Of a DNA stretch of 64,000 nucleotides, positions 28,047 to 37,645 are shown one piece after another. Position numbers and translations under genes: made by a program. Position 1 is the stretch's first letter. Each line of letters opens with the position of its first letter. The stretch lies in IMG/VR virus record IMGVR_UViG_3300017917_001123, positions 248,001-312,000 of that record. The stretch is one strand, 5' to 3'. Below the pieces are notes generated by a model, which had not been told where the DNA came from, did not search any database, and saw only the letters and a list, made by a program, of their open reading frames with translations.

Positions 28047-29391
28047 GATAAAACTCCGCTAGGTGTGGGAAAGTTGTAGTAAAGTTTGTACCACGTCTGC
28101 GGTCATGTTCTTTAAACCATTCGTAGAAGTCTTTACGTCCCTCTGTTAACTTGTCCTCTGGATAGTGGGTAGTTTCCATATAGTCTACTACACGTCTAAA
28201 CTTTTCGTACTCTAATTCGCTAAACTTTCCTCTAGTCAGTCCCTTCATATGATTCTTAATGAATTCTAAATGGCTGTACATGTAAGGCATAAACTCCTCT
28301 TTTGGTAGTATGTTCATGTCGTACTGTAAAGGTTCTTTGAGATAGGGTGTGTCAAATCGAATACGCTGATACTGTGTTTGGAATATCTTGTTATACTTCT
28401 TACGCCATTCTAGGATCTTTTCTAACAAGCTAGTAAAGCTAGTAACTGCTAGAATGTTAAATGTGATCATAAAGGTAATGGGCAAGTTTGTCTTGGTAAG
28501 GTATATATCTAAGTTCTTTTCCCAAACTGTTAAGTCTAGTCCTGTGCGAGCATACTCCGCAGGCTTACCCCACGTGTCGATACTAGTAAACAGTTTAAAC
28601 TTTTTAATCTTACCTTCTTTGAGCAACTTGTTAACACGTTCTGTTAATCGTTCTACTAGGATAGGCTTTACACCTAAGTTACTGTTTAAATTAAGTTCTA
28701 AATTAGGTTTAGGATTGTTGTCTAACTCGTCAAACAAACGCCACGTGCTTTTTTGTAGCAAAGGTTCGCCGCCTGTGATGCGTAAGATGTTTAGTGTCTT
28801 ACTAACTTCGGGCCACCATTGCCACCATGCGTTAACATACGGGTTATTATCTTCTTCATAGACTTGGAACCAATCGACATCGTTTCTATGATTCTTAACC
28901 ATACTATAAGGGCCGTGATCTCTAATCTCTTTGTAGTAGGCAGAACTATGCTTTGGATGGCAGTAACCGCATTTGAAGTTGCACTCGTTTCCAAAACTTA
29001 TTTCAATGTATTCTGGATTTACGTTAGCCATTGGTGCGTTTTTAATTTCTGCAAAACGCTCGGGTGTATAGATACTAGCATTTCTTTCGTATCTATCGCT
29101 AATGTAGTCTGGACCCATTGCTTCGATGTTCCAGCAATATTGGCAACCACTTGGCTTTTCTCCCTGTAGCATAGCGTAACGCTCATCACGCTTTTGATTT
29201 GTGTTGTGTAATGCGCTAGGATTAATAGCTAATTCCAACAAAGGAACTACATGCGGTCTTGGATGATAGCAACTATGTGTCTGCCCTGTTTGTAAGTAGA
29301 TAGTTGTGTGATGCCACTTAGCCATACAAAATGTAGGGCTAATTTCATTCATTATAGGAATAATCTTTTTAATGCGATCTACGTCAGACAC
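28030..29391 (-). CDS. radical SAM protein with N-terminal twitch domain
   Basis: FC.AKW...HSCYH...GCQYCW; CNFKCGYC; ITGGEP; LNSN; SID. Confidence 0.85.
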   Translation of the reverse strand: MSDVDRIKKIIPIMNEISPTFCMAKWHHTTIYLQTGQTHSCYHPRPHVVPLLELAINPSALHNTNQKRDERYAMLQGEKPSGCQYCWNIEAMGPDYISDRYERNASIYTPERFAEIKNAPMANVNPEYIEISFGNECNFKCGYCHPKHSSAYYKEIRDHGPYSMVKNHRNDVDWFQVYEEDNNPYVNAWWQWWPEVSKTLNILRITGGEPLLQKSTWRLFDELDNNPKPNLELNLNSNLGVKPILVERLTERVNKLLKEGKIKKFKLFTSIDTWGKPAEYARTGLDLTVWEKNLDIYLTKTNLPITFMITFNILAVTSFTSLLEKILEWRKKYNKIFQTQYQRIRFDTPYLKEPLQYDMNILPKEEFMPYMYSHLEFIKNHMKGLTRGKFSELEYEKFRRVVDYMETTHYPEDKLTEGRKDFYEWFKEHDRRRGTNFTTTFPHLAEFYRACSV

Positions 29392-30259
29392 GATTTAACC
29401 TATAAAATTCGTCAAACGTATGAACTACGTACCCACTAACATCAGCGTCAAGAACAGGAACATCGATAAAGTTTATCGACTGTGCTTTAAACTTTTTAAT
29501 CAAATCGTCTGCGCCAAATCGTTCAATTGCTTTAAACATGGTAGTTAGTGTTTCGAAGTCGCGGACGTTAGTAACATCCCAGTCTGTACACATTGTTAGA
29601 TAAACACCTTGCCATGCTCCGGCAATAGCCCATAGACCGTTTTCTACGTGTGCGCCAAGGGTAAGCCATTGCTTTAATCTATGTAGGTTCTCCCACCAAA
29701 TAACTTCTTTGGCAGGTTTGCCCTGTTCTACTCTAACGCCTTTGTCTAAACACATCTTAACACCTTCGCGAAACCCTGCTCGCCATGCTTGAAGCGGTGT
29801 TGTGTTTATAATAGTATCGCTGTATGAAACTGTGAGTGGATAGTACCCTGCTTCCCAACAGAAGTCTACTTGGCCTTTGTCTTCTTCTGCGGCTTCGTGT
29901 GTTTTCATGTTAAGCACAAAGTCCTTGCGCCAAACTTTAAGACTGCCGTTTCCGTAGCGTAGTCCGTTAATACAGTTACGTCCTGGCCAATTGAACGCCT
30001 GTGCGTTTGGATATTGGTCTAAGTCTAATTGTAAATCCCAAAACTTAGGATTAACAATGTTGTCAGCATCAACGGTAACAAACCATTCTGTATTGCTTAG
30101 GTTAGCAGCCGCCTTGTGGCAAGCATCACTGCCCTTAACACCGTGAACACGTTCGACCCACGGCGCATCCTGTAACAGTTTAGCATAGTTCATTTCTGCG
30201 TTAGGTTCATCGTACGAGATAAACACACAGTCTAATTCATTAATTTTTAGCAACGACAT
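29384..30259 (-). CDS. glycosyltransferase-like (GT-A) protein
   Basis: FISYDEPNAE, GSDACHKAAA, FVTVDAD (DxD); start re-chosen at ATG 30259. Confidence 0.55.
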   Translation of the reverse strand: MSLLKINELDCVFISYDEPNAEMNYAKLLQDAPWVERVHGVKGSDACHKAAANLSNTEWFVTVDADNIVNPKFWDLQLDLDQYPNAQAFNWPGRNCINGLRYGNGSLKVWRKDFVLNMKTHEAAEEDKGQVDFCWEAGYYPLTVSYSDTIINTTPLQAWRAGFREGVKMCLDKGVRVEQGKPAKEVIWWENLHRLKQWLTLGAHVENGLWAIAGAWQGVYLTMCTDWDVTNVRDFETLTTMFKAIERFGADDLIKKFKAQSINFIDVPVLDADVSGYVVHTFDEFYRLNRV

Positions 30260-30803
30260 AAACAGAAATATCCTTAGGACCTTGATAAGGTAACGACATA
30301 GTTCCTTTTGTAATAAAAGGTTCAAGAGTAATCTCAAAGCTATCGTATATAGCGAATGGATTACCTTTGCGAGTTACATATAGATTGTACACTTTATCTT
30401 TAACTAAAGTCAATCGGTCGATGTTCTCTTGATTGGTAATTGTATCAAAGTAATTAGGATCGTAAATTAAGGTTAAACCTTTATCAGTTGCTTCGGTAAT
30501 AATTCTTGCGCTGGCAATGAAATTTTCAAAACTACGTAATGCTCTAACAACTTCGTCTTCTGTGTTCAAGACGATCTGACTCTCAAAAATTTCTTTTCGT
30601 CTAAATCCTACAATGTTACTATCAACTATTAACGGATAGTATTCGCTAGGTATTTTCTTTAAGGTAAAGAACGGTTCCAATAGACTGAAATCGTCTACTG
30701 GTAAGACTGTATATCCTTCTGCCTCTTCAAATTCAAACCCGATGCCCTTGATAACTAGCGTATCGGATTCAAACTTTACATAACGTCTTTGTACTTGTTC
30801 CAT
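30240..30803 (-). CDS. hypothetical protein
   Basis: 187-aa ORF overlapping both neighbours in the operon. Confidence 0.6.
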   Translation of the reverse strand: MEQVQRRYVKFESDTLVIKGIGFEFEEAEGYTVLPVDDFSLLEPFFTLKKIPSEYYPLIVDSNIVGFRRKEIFESQIVLNTEDEVVRALRSFENFIASARIITEATDKGLTLIYDPNYFDTITNQENIDRLTLVKDKVYNLYVTRKGNPFAIYDSFEITLEPFITKGTMSLPYQGPKDISVYVVAKN

Positions 30804-31639
30804 ACTAATGACTCTAATGTGTTGATGAAGTTATCTGTAATAAGATCCTTCTTTGTGTAATGTAGGATATCGGACTGAGCGTATGGCCCAATCTTTATAT
30901 TTAGGTCCCCGTCATAGTAAAACGGAATACGTTCTGTCCATTCGTAGTCTGTTGCGCCAAGCCCTTGACTTCTGCCCTTCATGTGTGTAAAGCGAGGAAA
31001 TGGTACAGCAGGATTACTCATATCTTCTACCATATCTAACATCTTAGCAGTTAGCGCACAGGCTTCGTCTGTTGGGATGCTGTCAAACTTGTAATCCTCT
31101 AATTGTTCTTTCCACAGCTCTGGATAATCAGTTAGTGCTTCTAGTACACGAAAAAACTTTGTAGTTTCTCTACTTTGTTTGAAGTATAACCAGCCACTGT
31201 AGAAGTCTGGCAATTTGTTTTGATCAACGACATATCTGTAATAACGATCTGTCATTGTTTCTCCTCTGAACGTCATAGGGCGGGTAGCAACATACAAGTC
31301 GTGTTTTCTAACAAACGGAAGCCAATGACTAACATCGCTTAGGAACAGCAGGTCGCTATCTAAGAATATAGTTTCTTTATAAGGCGTGTGCTCATAGGCT
31401 CTGCTTCTGGCATTCATTCCTTTAGGGCCATCGTAATTAATGACGGTATCAAATACCCATTTTAGTTTTAAGTTTTGAACAACCTTTGGAGTAGTTGTTG
31501 CGATGCTTACAGAATTAAATCCCTGCGGTTGTGTTAGTTTAATTGTTAGCGCAGTAGCATAGGCTAATCTAAGATAGTCTGTAGTCTGCGTGTTGTTGGC
31601 TATCATAAAGTAGCCTAGGTTAAACTCTTTTGAAATCAT
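30776..31639 (-). CDS. nucleotide-diphospho-sugar transferase (GT8-like)
   Basis: YLRLAYATALTI, TPYKETIFLDSDLLF (DxD), YSGWLYF, FTHMK, LHY. Confidence 0.65.
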   Translation of the reverse strand: MISKEFNLGYFMIANNTQTTDYLRLAYATALTIKLTQPQGFNSVSIATTTPKVVQNLKLKWVFDTVINYDGPKGMNARSRAYEHTPYKETIFLDSDLLFLSDVSHWLPFVRKHDLYVATRPMTFRGETMTDRYYRYVVDQNKLPDFYSGWLYFKQSRETTKFFRVLEALTDYPELWKEQLEDYKFDSIPTDEACALTAKMLDMVEDMSNPAVPFPRFTHMKGRSQGLGATDYEWTERIPFYYDGDLNIKIGPYAQSDILHYTKKDLITDNFINTLESLVWNKYKDVM

Positions 31640-32436
31640 TTGACTAACTCCATGAGCTTTGGTAACTTATCTAGCAAGTCGAATTTATTCATGTAGTGTA
31701 TGTCTTGCCCTTGCGTTTTAACAAGCGTTTCTCCACACATTAGGACTGTCAGTGTTTGATCTTTAACCTGTAGAATCTCATCTTTGTCTGTAAAGATTAT
31801 AGGACTTGGTAAGGCAGTATAAAACTTATCAAGACCAAACCCGCCCATAGTATGACAAGCAACACTAAATGCGTAATCGTTTCTAAATCTTCTTGTATCG
31901 AACTTATAGAGTGCGCCGTAGTAACTCCAGTTTTCTCTAACATGGTCAACAAGTTCAAACAGGGCTTTAACTTCAGGTGTCTTGTTAAAAATAATGTTTG
32001 TAGCCCAGAGCATAGGAATACTAGCAGGGTCTAGCATTAGTGCGCCTAGTGAATTGCCCAGCATGTCGTTCATACCTTCGCAAATCATAAAGTCTCTATC
32101 TGCTTCTAAGTAAGGCTTCAAGCAACTGCTTTGAACTAAGAAATCGCTGTCAATCACTAGTGTTCTGTCATAAGGGCTTAGTTCGTATGCCGAACTTCTG
32201 TTGGTGTTCTTAAACGAAATGGTCTTACCGGCAAGTGTTCTAGTATTGTCTGTTTCCACAGTAGTAACAATCAGTCCATCAAATACGCCCACATCTGTTG
32301 CGTCCAAGGTCTTGCTGTCTGTAACAAGCGTGACAGGAATGTTAAGATGTTTCTTAACAAGGCCTGCGGCTAAAACAGCTTGAGGGCCGTATGCTATGTC
32401 GCCATCAAAGGCGAAAATGACGCACCCTGTTGTCAT
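31636..32436 (-). CDS. nucleotide-diphospho-sugar transferase (GT8-like)
   Basis: SPYDRTLVIDSDFLV (DxD), LWATNIIF, RNDYAFS, IHYMNK. Confidence 0.65.
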   Translation of the reverse strand: MTTGCVIFAFDGDIAYGPQAVLAAGLVKKHLNIPVTLVTDSKTLDATDVGVFDGLIVTTVETDNTRTLAGKTISFKNTNRSSAYELSPYDRTLVIDSDFLVQSSCLKPYLEADRDFMICEGMNDMLGNSLGALMLDPASIPMLWATNIIFNKTPEVKALFELVDHVRENWSYYGALYKFDTRRFRNDYAFSVACHTMGGFGLDKFYTALPSPIIFTDKDEILQVKDQTLTVLMCGETLVKTQGQDIHYMNKFDLLDKLPKLMELVK

Positions 32437-32774
32437 AGGTCCACCAGTTTGGCTGCGGTTCGTTTTTGTTTGATTTGACTGTAGTCTGTCATGTATCTGT
32501 TTGTTACTTCAAAATACACACCTACAATCTTGTTGAAGAAATCCTGTAGGTTTTCAATTTCTACAGGATATTCGTTGTCGTCTAAGATAACGGCAGATTC
32601 ATAATCTTTAATTGAACTGATAAAACCAATCAGTTCTCTGCCTACAGTGAAAATGCCTCCGTTGTGTGCGATAACAAGTTCAGCAAGTGCTTTGTCTTTT
32701 AAGCGTTGTCTTTCTATTCCTAGTGTCTGTCTATAGTTTGCGTGTTCGATTGCTTGTTTAAGCCGATCATCCAT
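32433..32774 (-). CDS. hypothetical protein
   Basis: 113-aa ORF with SD (GAGG) and ATGA overlap. Confidence 0.6.
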   Translation of the reverse strand: MDDRLKQAIEHANYRQTLGIERQRLKDKALAELVIAHNGGIFTVGRELIGFISSIKDYESAVILDDNEYPVEIENLQDFFNKIVGVYFEVTNRYMTDYSQIKQKRTAAKLVDL

Positions 32775-32783
32775 GTGTGCCTC

Positions 32784-33665
32784 TTAGTAGTTGTTTGGTT
32801 TTGTCTGTGAATAAGGATAGTAGATTGCTACGTTATGATATATGTTACCATTAACATAGTCCGGACCGCCTGCGATGCCCGGGTGATCATCGACATAATA
32901 CACGGTCATAGTAATAGCAGTTCTTTGTTTAACGTCTGTGTTATTATGCCACAGATATATTTGTACATAGTTTGCTGTATAAGGACTTTCTGGACTATAA
33001 ATTCTAAATGCTTCGTTAGCGCCTGTGTTTGATGTTCCATAAACACCACCTGATCCCCAGCTGTTGTAGAATGTTCCGCCCCAGGCTGCGCCCGATTGGA
33101 ACATCCCCGTACGAGTCAGAACAATAGTTCCCATGTTTGCTAGCAAGTTTGACCATGTTGCGTTTTGGCTAGTGCCGTCGCCCCCTGATCGACTTCCTGT
33201 AAATTGTAGTCTGCCACCGCCATTCCAGAAACCCCTGTATGCGGCATTGTCTGCCCAAGTAACTGACACAGATCCTAATGGAGTTAATACTCCGTTCCAT
33301 GCTCCGCCATACCCATATGACGGGCCAGCAACATAAGCTAGCTGACCTGTACTGATAGCACCCCTATTAGAGTAAGCAGTATCAACACGAGCAGAGATTG
33401 TTGACAAATCAGTTGAAGTAATAATCGCCGTATCGGCTCTTGTTGTAAGGTCTGAGTTAGCACCTGTTTGTAATAGGTATGCTTTGTTAACGTCGGCTCT
33501 TAGATTGTTCCATTGAACACCGGTAATTTTTTCATTATCGGCTACCGTTGCCGCAGAGTAAGTTGTGTTATAGCCAAGATCGTTAGTAGTACCATCTGGT
33601 GTGCTTAACACACTACGCATTTTAAGAATAACTGGGTTCCAGTCTTCGTTTTGAATGATTGCCAT
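32784..33665 (-). CDS. putative virion structural protein
   Basis: G/S/T/N-rich; NLRADV..A...QTG, RGFWNGGG...F.G...G.G.SQ..TW; paralog of the next gene. Confidence 0.5.
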   Translation of the reverse strand: MAIIQNEDWNPVILKMRSVLSTPDGTTNDLGYNTTYSAATVADNEKITGVQWNNLRADVNKAYLLQTGANSDLTTRADTAIITSTDLSTISARVDTAYSNRGAISTGQLAYVAGPSYGYGGAWNGVLTPLGSVSVTWADNAAYRGFWNGGGRLQFTGSRSGGDGTSQNATWSNLLANMGTIVLTRTGMFQSGAAWGGTFYNSWGSGGVYGTSNTGANEAFRIYSPESPYTANYVQIYLWHNNTDVKQRTAITMTVYYVDDHPGIAGGPDYVNGNIYHNVAIYYPYSQTKPNNY

Positions 33666-33669
33666 AATT

Positions 33670-34569
33670 TTATCCTAATGTAGATCCTAGCTGTGTAGCT
33701 GTTGGTGTTTTATTATACGAGTAATATGTGTTAACAGAAAAACCTAATGTGCCGTCGACTAGGTCTGGACCTTGCCCTGTTGCTACGTGTGGGTCTAGTA
33801 ATACATATTCGATCTCAAAACCTGTTGCAGTAAGAACATTATTACCGCCATATGGTCTAATATAAATGGTAAAGCTATTAGAAGTGTAGTTTGCGTCACT
33901 GGCAAGTATTCTAAAAGCAATACCAGCGTTTACACCAGTTTGTCCATTCTGTAACAAATTATATAGCCCGCCGTTTGGAAAACTACCGTTACGTGATTGA
34001 TTTTGTTGAATGGCAGAGTTACCACTGAATACTAAAATTCCAATAGCCTGGAAGATATTAGTCCAGGAAGAAGTTTGACTTGAACCACTACCTCCTGTCA
34101 TTGATCCGCCAATGGTAATAAATCCGCCTAAGTTAGCCCACCCACGAAACTCTGCGTTTGATCCCCAATCGAATCTTACTTTATATTTGTGCTCGGTCTT
34201 CCATGTGGAACCGTTAACATAATTATCTGATGTTGTAATTTGTAATTTTCCAACACCGGCAGTAGTTCTGCTAGCATAGGCAATGTCAACTTTTGCTGAT
34301 ACTTCTGTTAAGTCGTCTGTTTCGATTAACTGACTTCTGTTGTAGATAGCTAGTCCAGTAGACAATCCTGTTTGATGTTCAATTGCTAGGTTAACGTCTT
34401 GAATTACTAGGTTAAGGTCTTGTCCAACAACTTTGGCGCCTTGGACGGCAGGCAAACTAGCAACAGCTAGGTTGTATCCGAGGTCGAACACCGTGCCGCT
34501 AGGTGATCCGATAATTGATGCTATTTTGTTCTGTACTAAATTGAACGCTTCGTCCGTTACTTTTGCCAT
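33670..34569 (-). CDS. putative virion structural protein
   Basis: Paralog of 32784..33665 (DLGYN, HQTG, RGWANLGG, SQTSSW, DPH..G.GPD.V.G). Confidence 0.5.
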   Translation of the reverse strand: MAKVTDEAFNLVQNKIASIIGSPSGTVFDLGYNLAVASLPAVQGAKVVGQDLNLVIQDVNLAIEHQTGLSTGLAIYNRSQLIETDDLTEVSAKVDIAYASRTTAGVGKLQITTSDNYVNGSTWKTEHKYKVRFDWGSNAEFRGWANLGGFITIGGSMTGGSGSSQTSSWTNIFQAIGILVFSGNSAIQQNQSRNGSFPNGGLYNLLQNGQTGVNAGIAFRILASDANYTSNSFTIYIRPYGGNNVLTATGFEIEYVLLDPHVATGQGPDLVDGTLGFSVNTYYSYNKTPTATQLGSTLG

Positions 34570-34580
34570 CAGTTGCTCCG

Positions 34581-34901
34581 TTATACCCTAAACGACTCGC
34601 CGCATCCGCAACGATCTCTTTCATTAGGGTTCTTAAATTCAAATCCTTCGTTTAGCCCGTTCCTTACATAATCAACAGTTAGGCCATCTACATAAACATG
34701 GCTTTTGGGATCAACAAAAATGCTGAATCCGGTTTTTTCAAACACTAAATCGGAACTGTCGGGCTCGTCTACATATTCTAACACATAAGCTAGCCCTGAA
34801 CAGCCAGTAGTTTTAACGCCTATCCGAATGCCCATTCCTTTCCCTCTCTTTTGTAGGTTTAACAAGAATTTATTGTAGGCTTCAGTTGTTAAGTTGACCA
34901 T
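34581..34901 (-). CDS. iscA: iron-sulfur cluster assembly protein IscA (HesB family)
   Basis: [25 protein letters not shown]...CGCGESF. Confidence 0.92.
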   Translation of the reverse strand: MVNLTTEAYNKFLLNLQKRGKGMGIRIGVKTTGCSGLAYVLEYVDEPDSSDLVFEKTGFSIFVDPKSHVYVDGLTVDYVRNGLNEGFEFKNPNERDRCGCGESFRV

Positions 34902-34912
34902 AAAGTGTTAAA

Positions 34913-34935
34913 ATAAATATTATACGCATATTTAG
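34913..34935. promoter_or_regulatory. divergent late-type boxes between iscA and iscU
   Basis: ATAAATA plus 34913-34919; CTAAATA minus 34935-34929; iscU has SD AAGGAG. Confidence 0.5.
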
Positions 34936-34967
34936 CGAGTAAAGCAACGGCTTAAAAGGAGTCTGAT

Positions 34968-35366
34968 ATGGCATACAGCGAAAAGGTAATTGATCATTAT
35001 GAAAACCCCAGAAATGTGGGTAGTTTTGATAAGTCTGATACTTCCGTTGGTACTGGTATGGTTGGTGCACCTGCTTGCGGCGATGTTATGAAATTACAAA
35101 TAAAGGTGGACGATGCTACAGGTATTATTACAGATGCGAAATTTAAAACGTATGGCTGTGGATCGGCTATCGCAAGTTCGAGCCTTGTCACAGAGTGGGT
35201 CAAAGGAAAAACTCTTGACGAAGCCGGAGCAATCAAAAACAGCCAAATTGCCGAAGAATTAGCCCTTCCCCCGGTAAAGATTCACTGTTCAATTCTAGCA
35301 GAAGATGCTATCAAAGCCGCAGTAGCGGACTACAAGGAAAAACATGGAAGCAATAACAGTAACTGA
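34968..35366 (+). CDS. iscU: Fe-S cluster scaffold IscU
   Basis: [48 protein letters not shown]. Confidence 0.96.
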   Translation: MAYSEKVIDHYENPRNVGSFDKSDTSVGTGMVGAPACGDVMKLQIKVDDATGIITDAKFKTYGCGSAIASSSLVTEWVKGKTLDEAGAIKNSQIAEELALPPVKIHCSILAEDAIKAAVADYKEKHGSNNSN

Positions 35367-35670
35367 TGCGGCTTATGACAAGATAATTGACGTACTTGCC
35401 GAAGAAAACAATCCTAATATTGCTCTTAGGGTATTTGTTCAGGGCGGCGGCTGTTCGGGCTTCCAATATGGTTTTACCCTAGACGAAGAACAAAACGAAG
35501 ACGACTTTGTTATTGAAGGCAAAGTTAAGATTTTAGTTGACTCGATGAGCTACCAGTACCTTGTAGGTGCTACTATAGATTACAAAGATGAAATCTACGG
35601 TAGCCAATTTACTATTAAAAATCCCAACGCCCAATCAACTTGTGGCTGTGGCTCTAGTTTTTCCGTTTAA
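35344..35670 (+). CDS. erpA: Fe-S insertion protein ErpA (HesB family)
   Basis: [46 protein letters not shown]. Confidence 0.9.
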   Translation: MEAITVTDAAYDKIIDVLAEENNPNIALRVFVQGGGCSGFQYGFTLDEEQNEDDFVIEGKVKILVDSMSYQYLVGATIDYKDEIYGSQFTIKNPNAQSTCGCGSSFSV

Positions 35671-35678
35671 GGATATTA

Positions 35679-36929
35679 ATGAAGATAGCTATACTAGGTG
35701 TAGGTTCAGCAGGTTCTATTTCAATTGCCCAACTTTGTGCTCATGTTCCTAAAGGTTGTAAAGTAGTCAGCATACACGATCCATCAATTCCTATGTTTCA
35801 AATAGGCGAAAGTACAAATGCTAATATGGTATCTGTTCTTGAGCAAGCATGTCACTTTAGTTTCACTGAAGATCTTCCAGCAATGGAAAGTACAATCAAA
35901 TTCGGTAATAAGTTTATGAAGTGGCGTGACCGAGATTGGTTCAACCCTTTGCTCGATGGTGGCATCGGAATACATTTCAACAACTTTAAATTAAAAGAAT
36001 TTGTAATCAGTCGAGTTAAAAAACATTGGCCTGATAAATTTGAAATGATAGAGGGAAACGTTTCTAATTTAGTGAACCATGGAACGTATGCCGACGTTGT
36101 AGTTGACGGACAGACCCATAGGTTTGATTGGGTAATTGATACACGAGGAACACCAACCAACTGGAGCGAATACGAAATTGTAGACGGCATTTCGATTAAT
36201 AGCGGAATTATTCATACAGTAAACGAGCCAGGAAACTTTCAATATACAGAACATCTAGCAACAGCAAATGGCTGGATGTTCGGAGTACCACTAACATCTC
36301 GTCATACTCACGGTTATCTCTTTAATGATAAAATTACTTCTAAAGAAGAAGCCATTGAAGATATGAAAAAATATTTTGGCACAGACGATATTGGCCGTAA
36401 GAATGCTCCGGTACACTATCAATTTAAGAGTTACTTTGCTAAAAAAGTTCTAGAAGGTAGAGTCTTAAAGAACGGCAACAGGGCTAACTTCTTTGAACCA
36501 ATTAGCGCCAGTGGAATATTCTACTATATCTATACAAACTATCTTCTAATTGATTTGTTTAAGAAAAGACACAACGAAGATGAACTAAATCAAAAATTTA
36601 GAGATTTCGGAAATCAGTTGGCAGATCTTATTTGTTTCTTTTATCACGGCGGAAGTACTTACGATACACCATTTTGGAAATATGCCAAAGAAAACGCAAG
36701 ACAGCGACTTTTTAGAAGTCCGTTTTTTAGAAAAGCGTTAATTGACTGTTTTGTCAAGGGCGAAGCAGGGTTACCACATTATGCTGACCCGTGGATCTTT
36801 AGTGGATATCATCTTCATTTAATCGATAAAAAGTTTGGATATAATTACTTCACAGATCCTGTAAAAAATCGGCAAGCAGTAGCAGAAATTGATGCCAACT
36901 TAAAGTCTCAAGGAAAAATAATATTATGA
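35679..36929 (+). CDS. flavin-dependent tryptophan halogenase-like protein
   Basis: GVGSAG, IGEST, TIKFG..F..W, GWMFGVPL.SR...GY, FFEPISASG. Confidence 0.75.
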   Translation: MKIAILGVGSAGSISIAQLCAHVPKGCKVVSIHDPSIPMFQIGESTNANMVSVLEQACHFSFTEDLPAMESTIKFGNKFMKWRDRDWFNPLLDGGIGIHFNNFKLKEFVISRVKKHWPDKFEMIEGNVSNLVNHGTYADVVVDGQTHRFDWVIDTRGTPTNWSEYEIVDGISINSGIIHTVNEPGNFQYTEHLATANGWMFGVPLTSRHTHGYLFNDKITSKEEAIEDMKKYFGTDDIGRKNAPVHYQFKSYFAKKVLEGRVLKNGNRANFFEPISASGIFYYIYTNYLLIDLFKKRHNEDELNQKFRDFGNQLADLICFFYHGGSTYDTPFWKYAKENARQRLFRSPFFRKALIDCFVKGEAGLPHYADPWIFSGYHLHLIDKKFGYNYFTDPVKNRQAVAEIDANLKSQGKIIL

Positions 36930-37645
36930 TTGAATATAGATCGCCGACAACTGTAAAAGATTCTCTACCCCAAACAGAACAACGTACCGAATGGATGGAT
37001 GGTTGGTTTAAAATTCGTAAGCTCGACTTGAACATGGATGCTCTAAGACACGAATGTCTAGGAGTTCAAAAAATGGTCAAGGAACGTTACGGAGACCAAG
37101 ACGGAATGAATTACTATGAGAATAAGACAACAAACTTATTTGGCAAGTACAACATTTTTATGTTTAGTTCTTTTTCTCTACATACATTGTACTCTGAGAT
37201 AGTTAAGACTTGGAACATGGTCAAACCCGATGATCAAAAATATTATCTACAAAGTTGGTTAAATGTCTATGACCAGAGCAAAAGTATTGGCTGGCACTAT
37301 CATTGGACAGAAAAGTATCTTGCTTGGCATGGATTTTTCTGTGTTGATGTCGACGTGAGTAAAACAACTTACGCATTACAGCCACCACACTTTCAGCGTA
37401 GCAAGTCAATTCCTTACGGAACTTACAACGGTCGAGAAATCCTTGAATACAACGATGAGTACGAACTAATCGATGTAGTAGGACAAGACGGTCTCTTAAT
37501 TATGAGCCCTAGCGCAGGAGATAGCCACAGAAATATTCCGTGGAAGATTGCGGAACGTCCTCGAATTACTATTGCGTTTGATATTGTGCCAGGTCAACAT
37601 ATTTTTAATGAAGACTGGGAGAATCACTGGATACCTCTAGTATGA
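36926..37645 (+). CDS. 2OG-Fe(II) oxygenase, TIGR02466-like
   Basis: QSWLNVY...IGWHYH, HGFFCV, SHR, RITIAFD. Confidence 0.65.
   Translation: MIEYRSPTTVKDSLPQTEQRTEWMDGWFKIRKLDLNMDALRHECLGVQKMVKERYGDQDGMNYYENKTTNLFGKYNIFMFSSFSLHTLYSEIVKTWNMVKPDDQKYYLQSWLNVYDQSKSIGWHYHWTEKYLAWHGFFCVDVDVSKTTYALQPPHFQRSKSIPYGTYNGREILEYNDEYELIDVVGQDGLLIMSPSAGDSHRNIPWKIAERPRITIAFDIVPGQHIFNEDWENHWIPLV

Noticed and set aside
1-33665. Island as a DNA-base hypermodification system
   Set aside because: No pyrimidine hydroxymethylase, TET/JBP, aGPT-PplT, DpdA/Que or PurZ-like gene is recognisable here; promoters look late and restriction-type sites appear avoided. Not excluded without nucleoside LC-MS, so kept only as an alternative.
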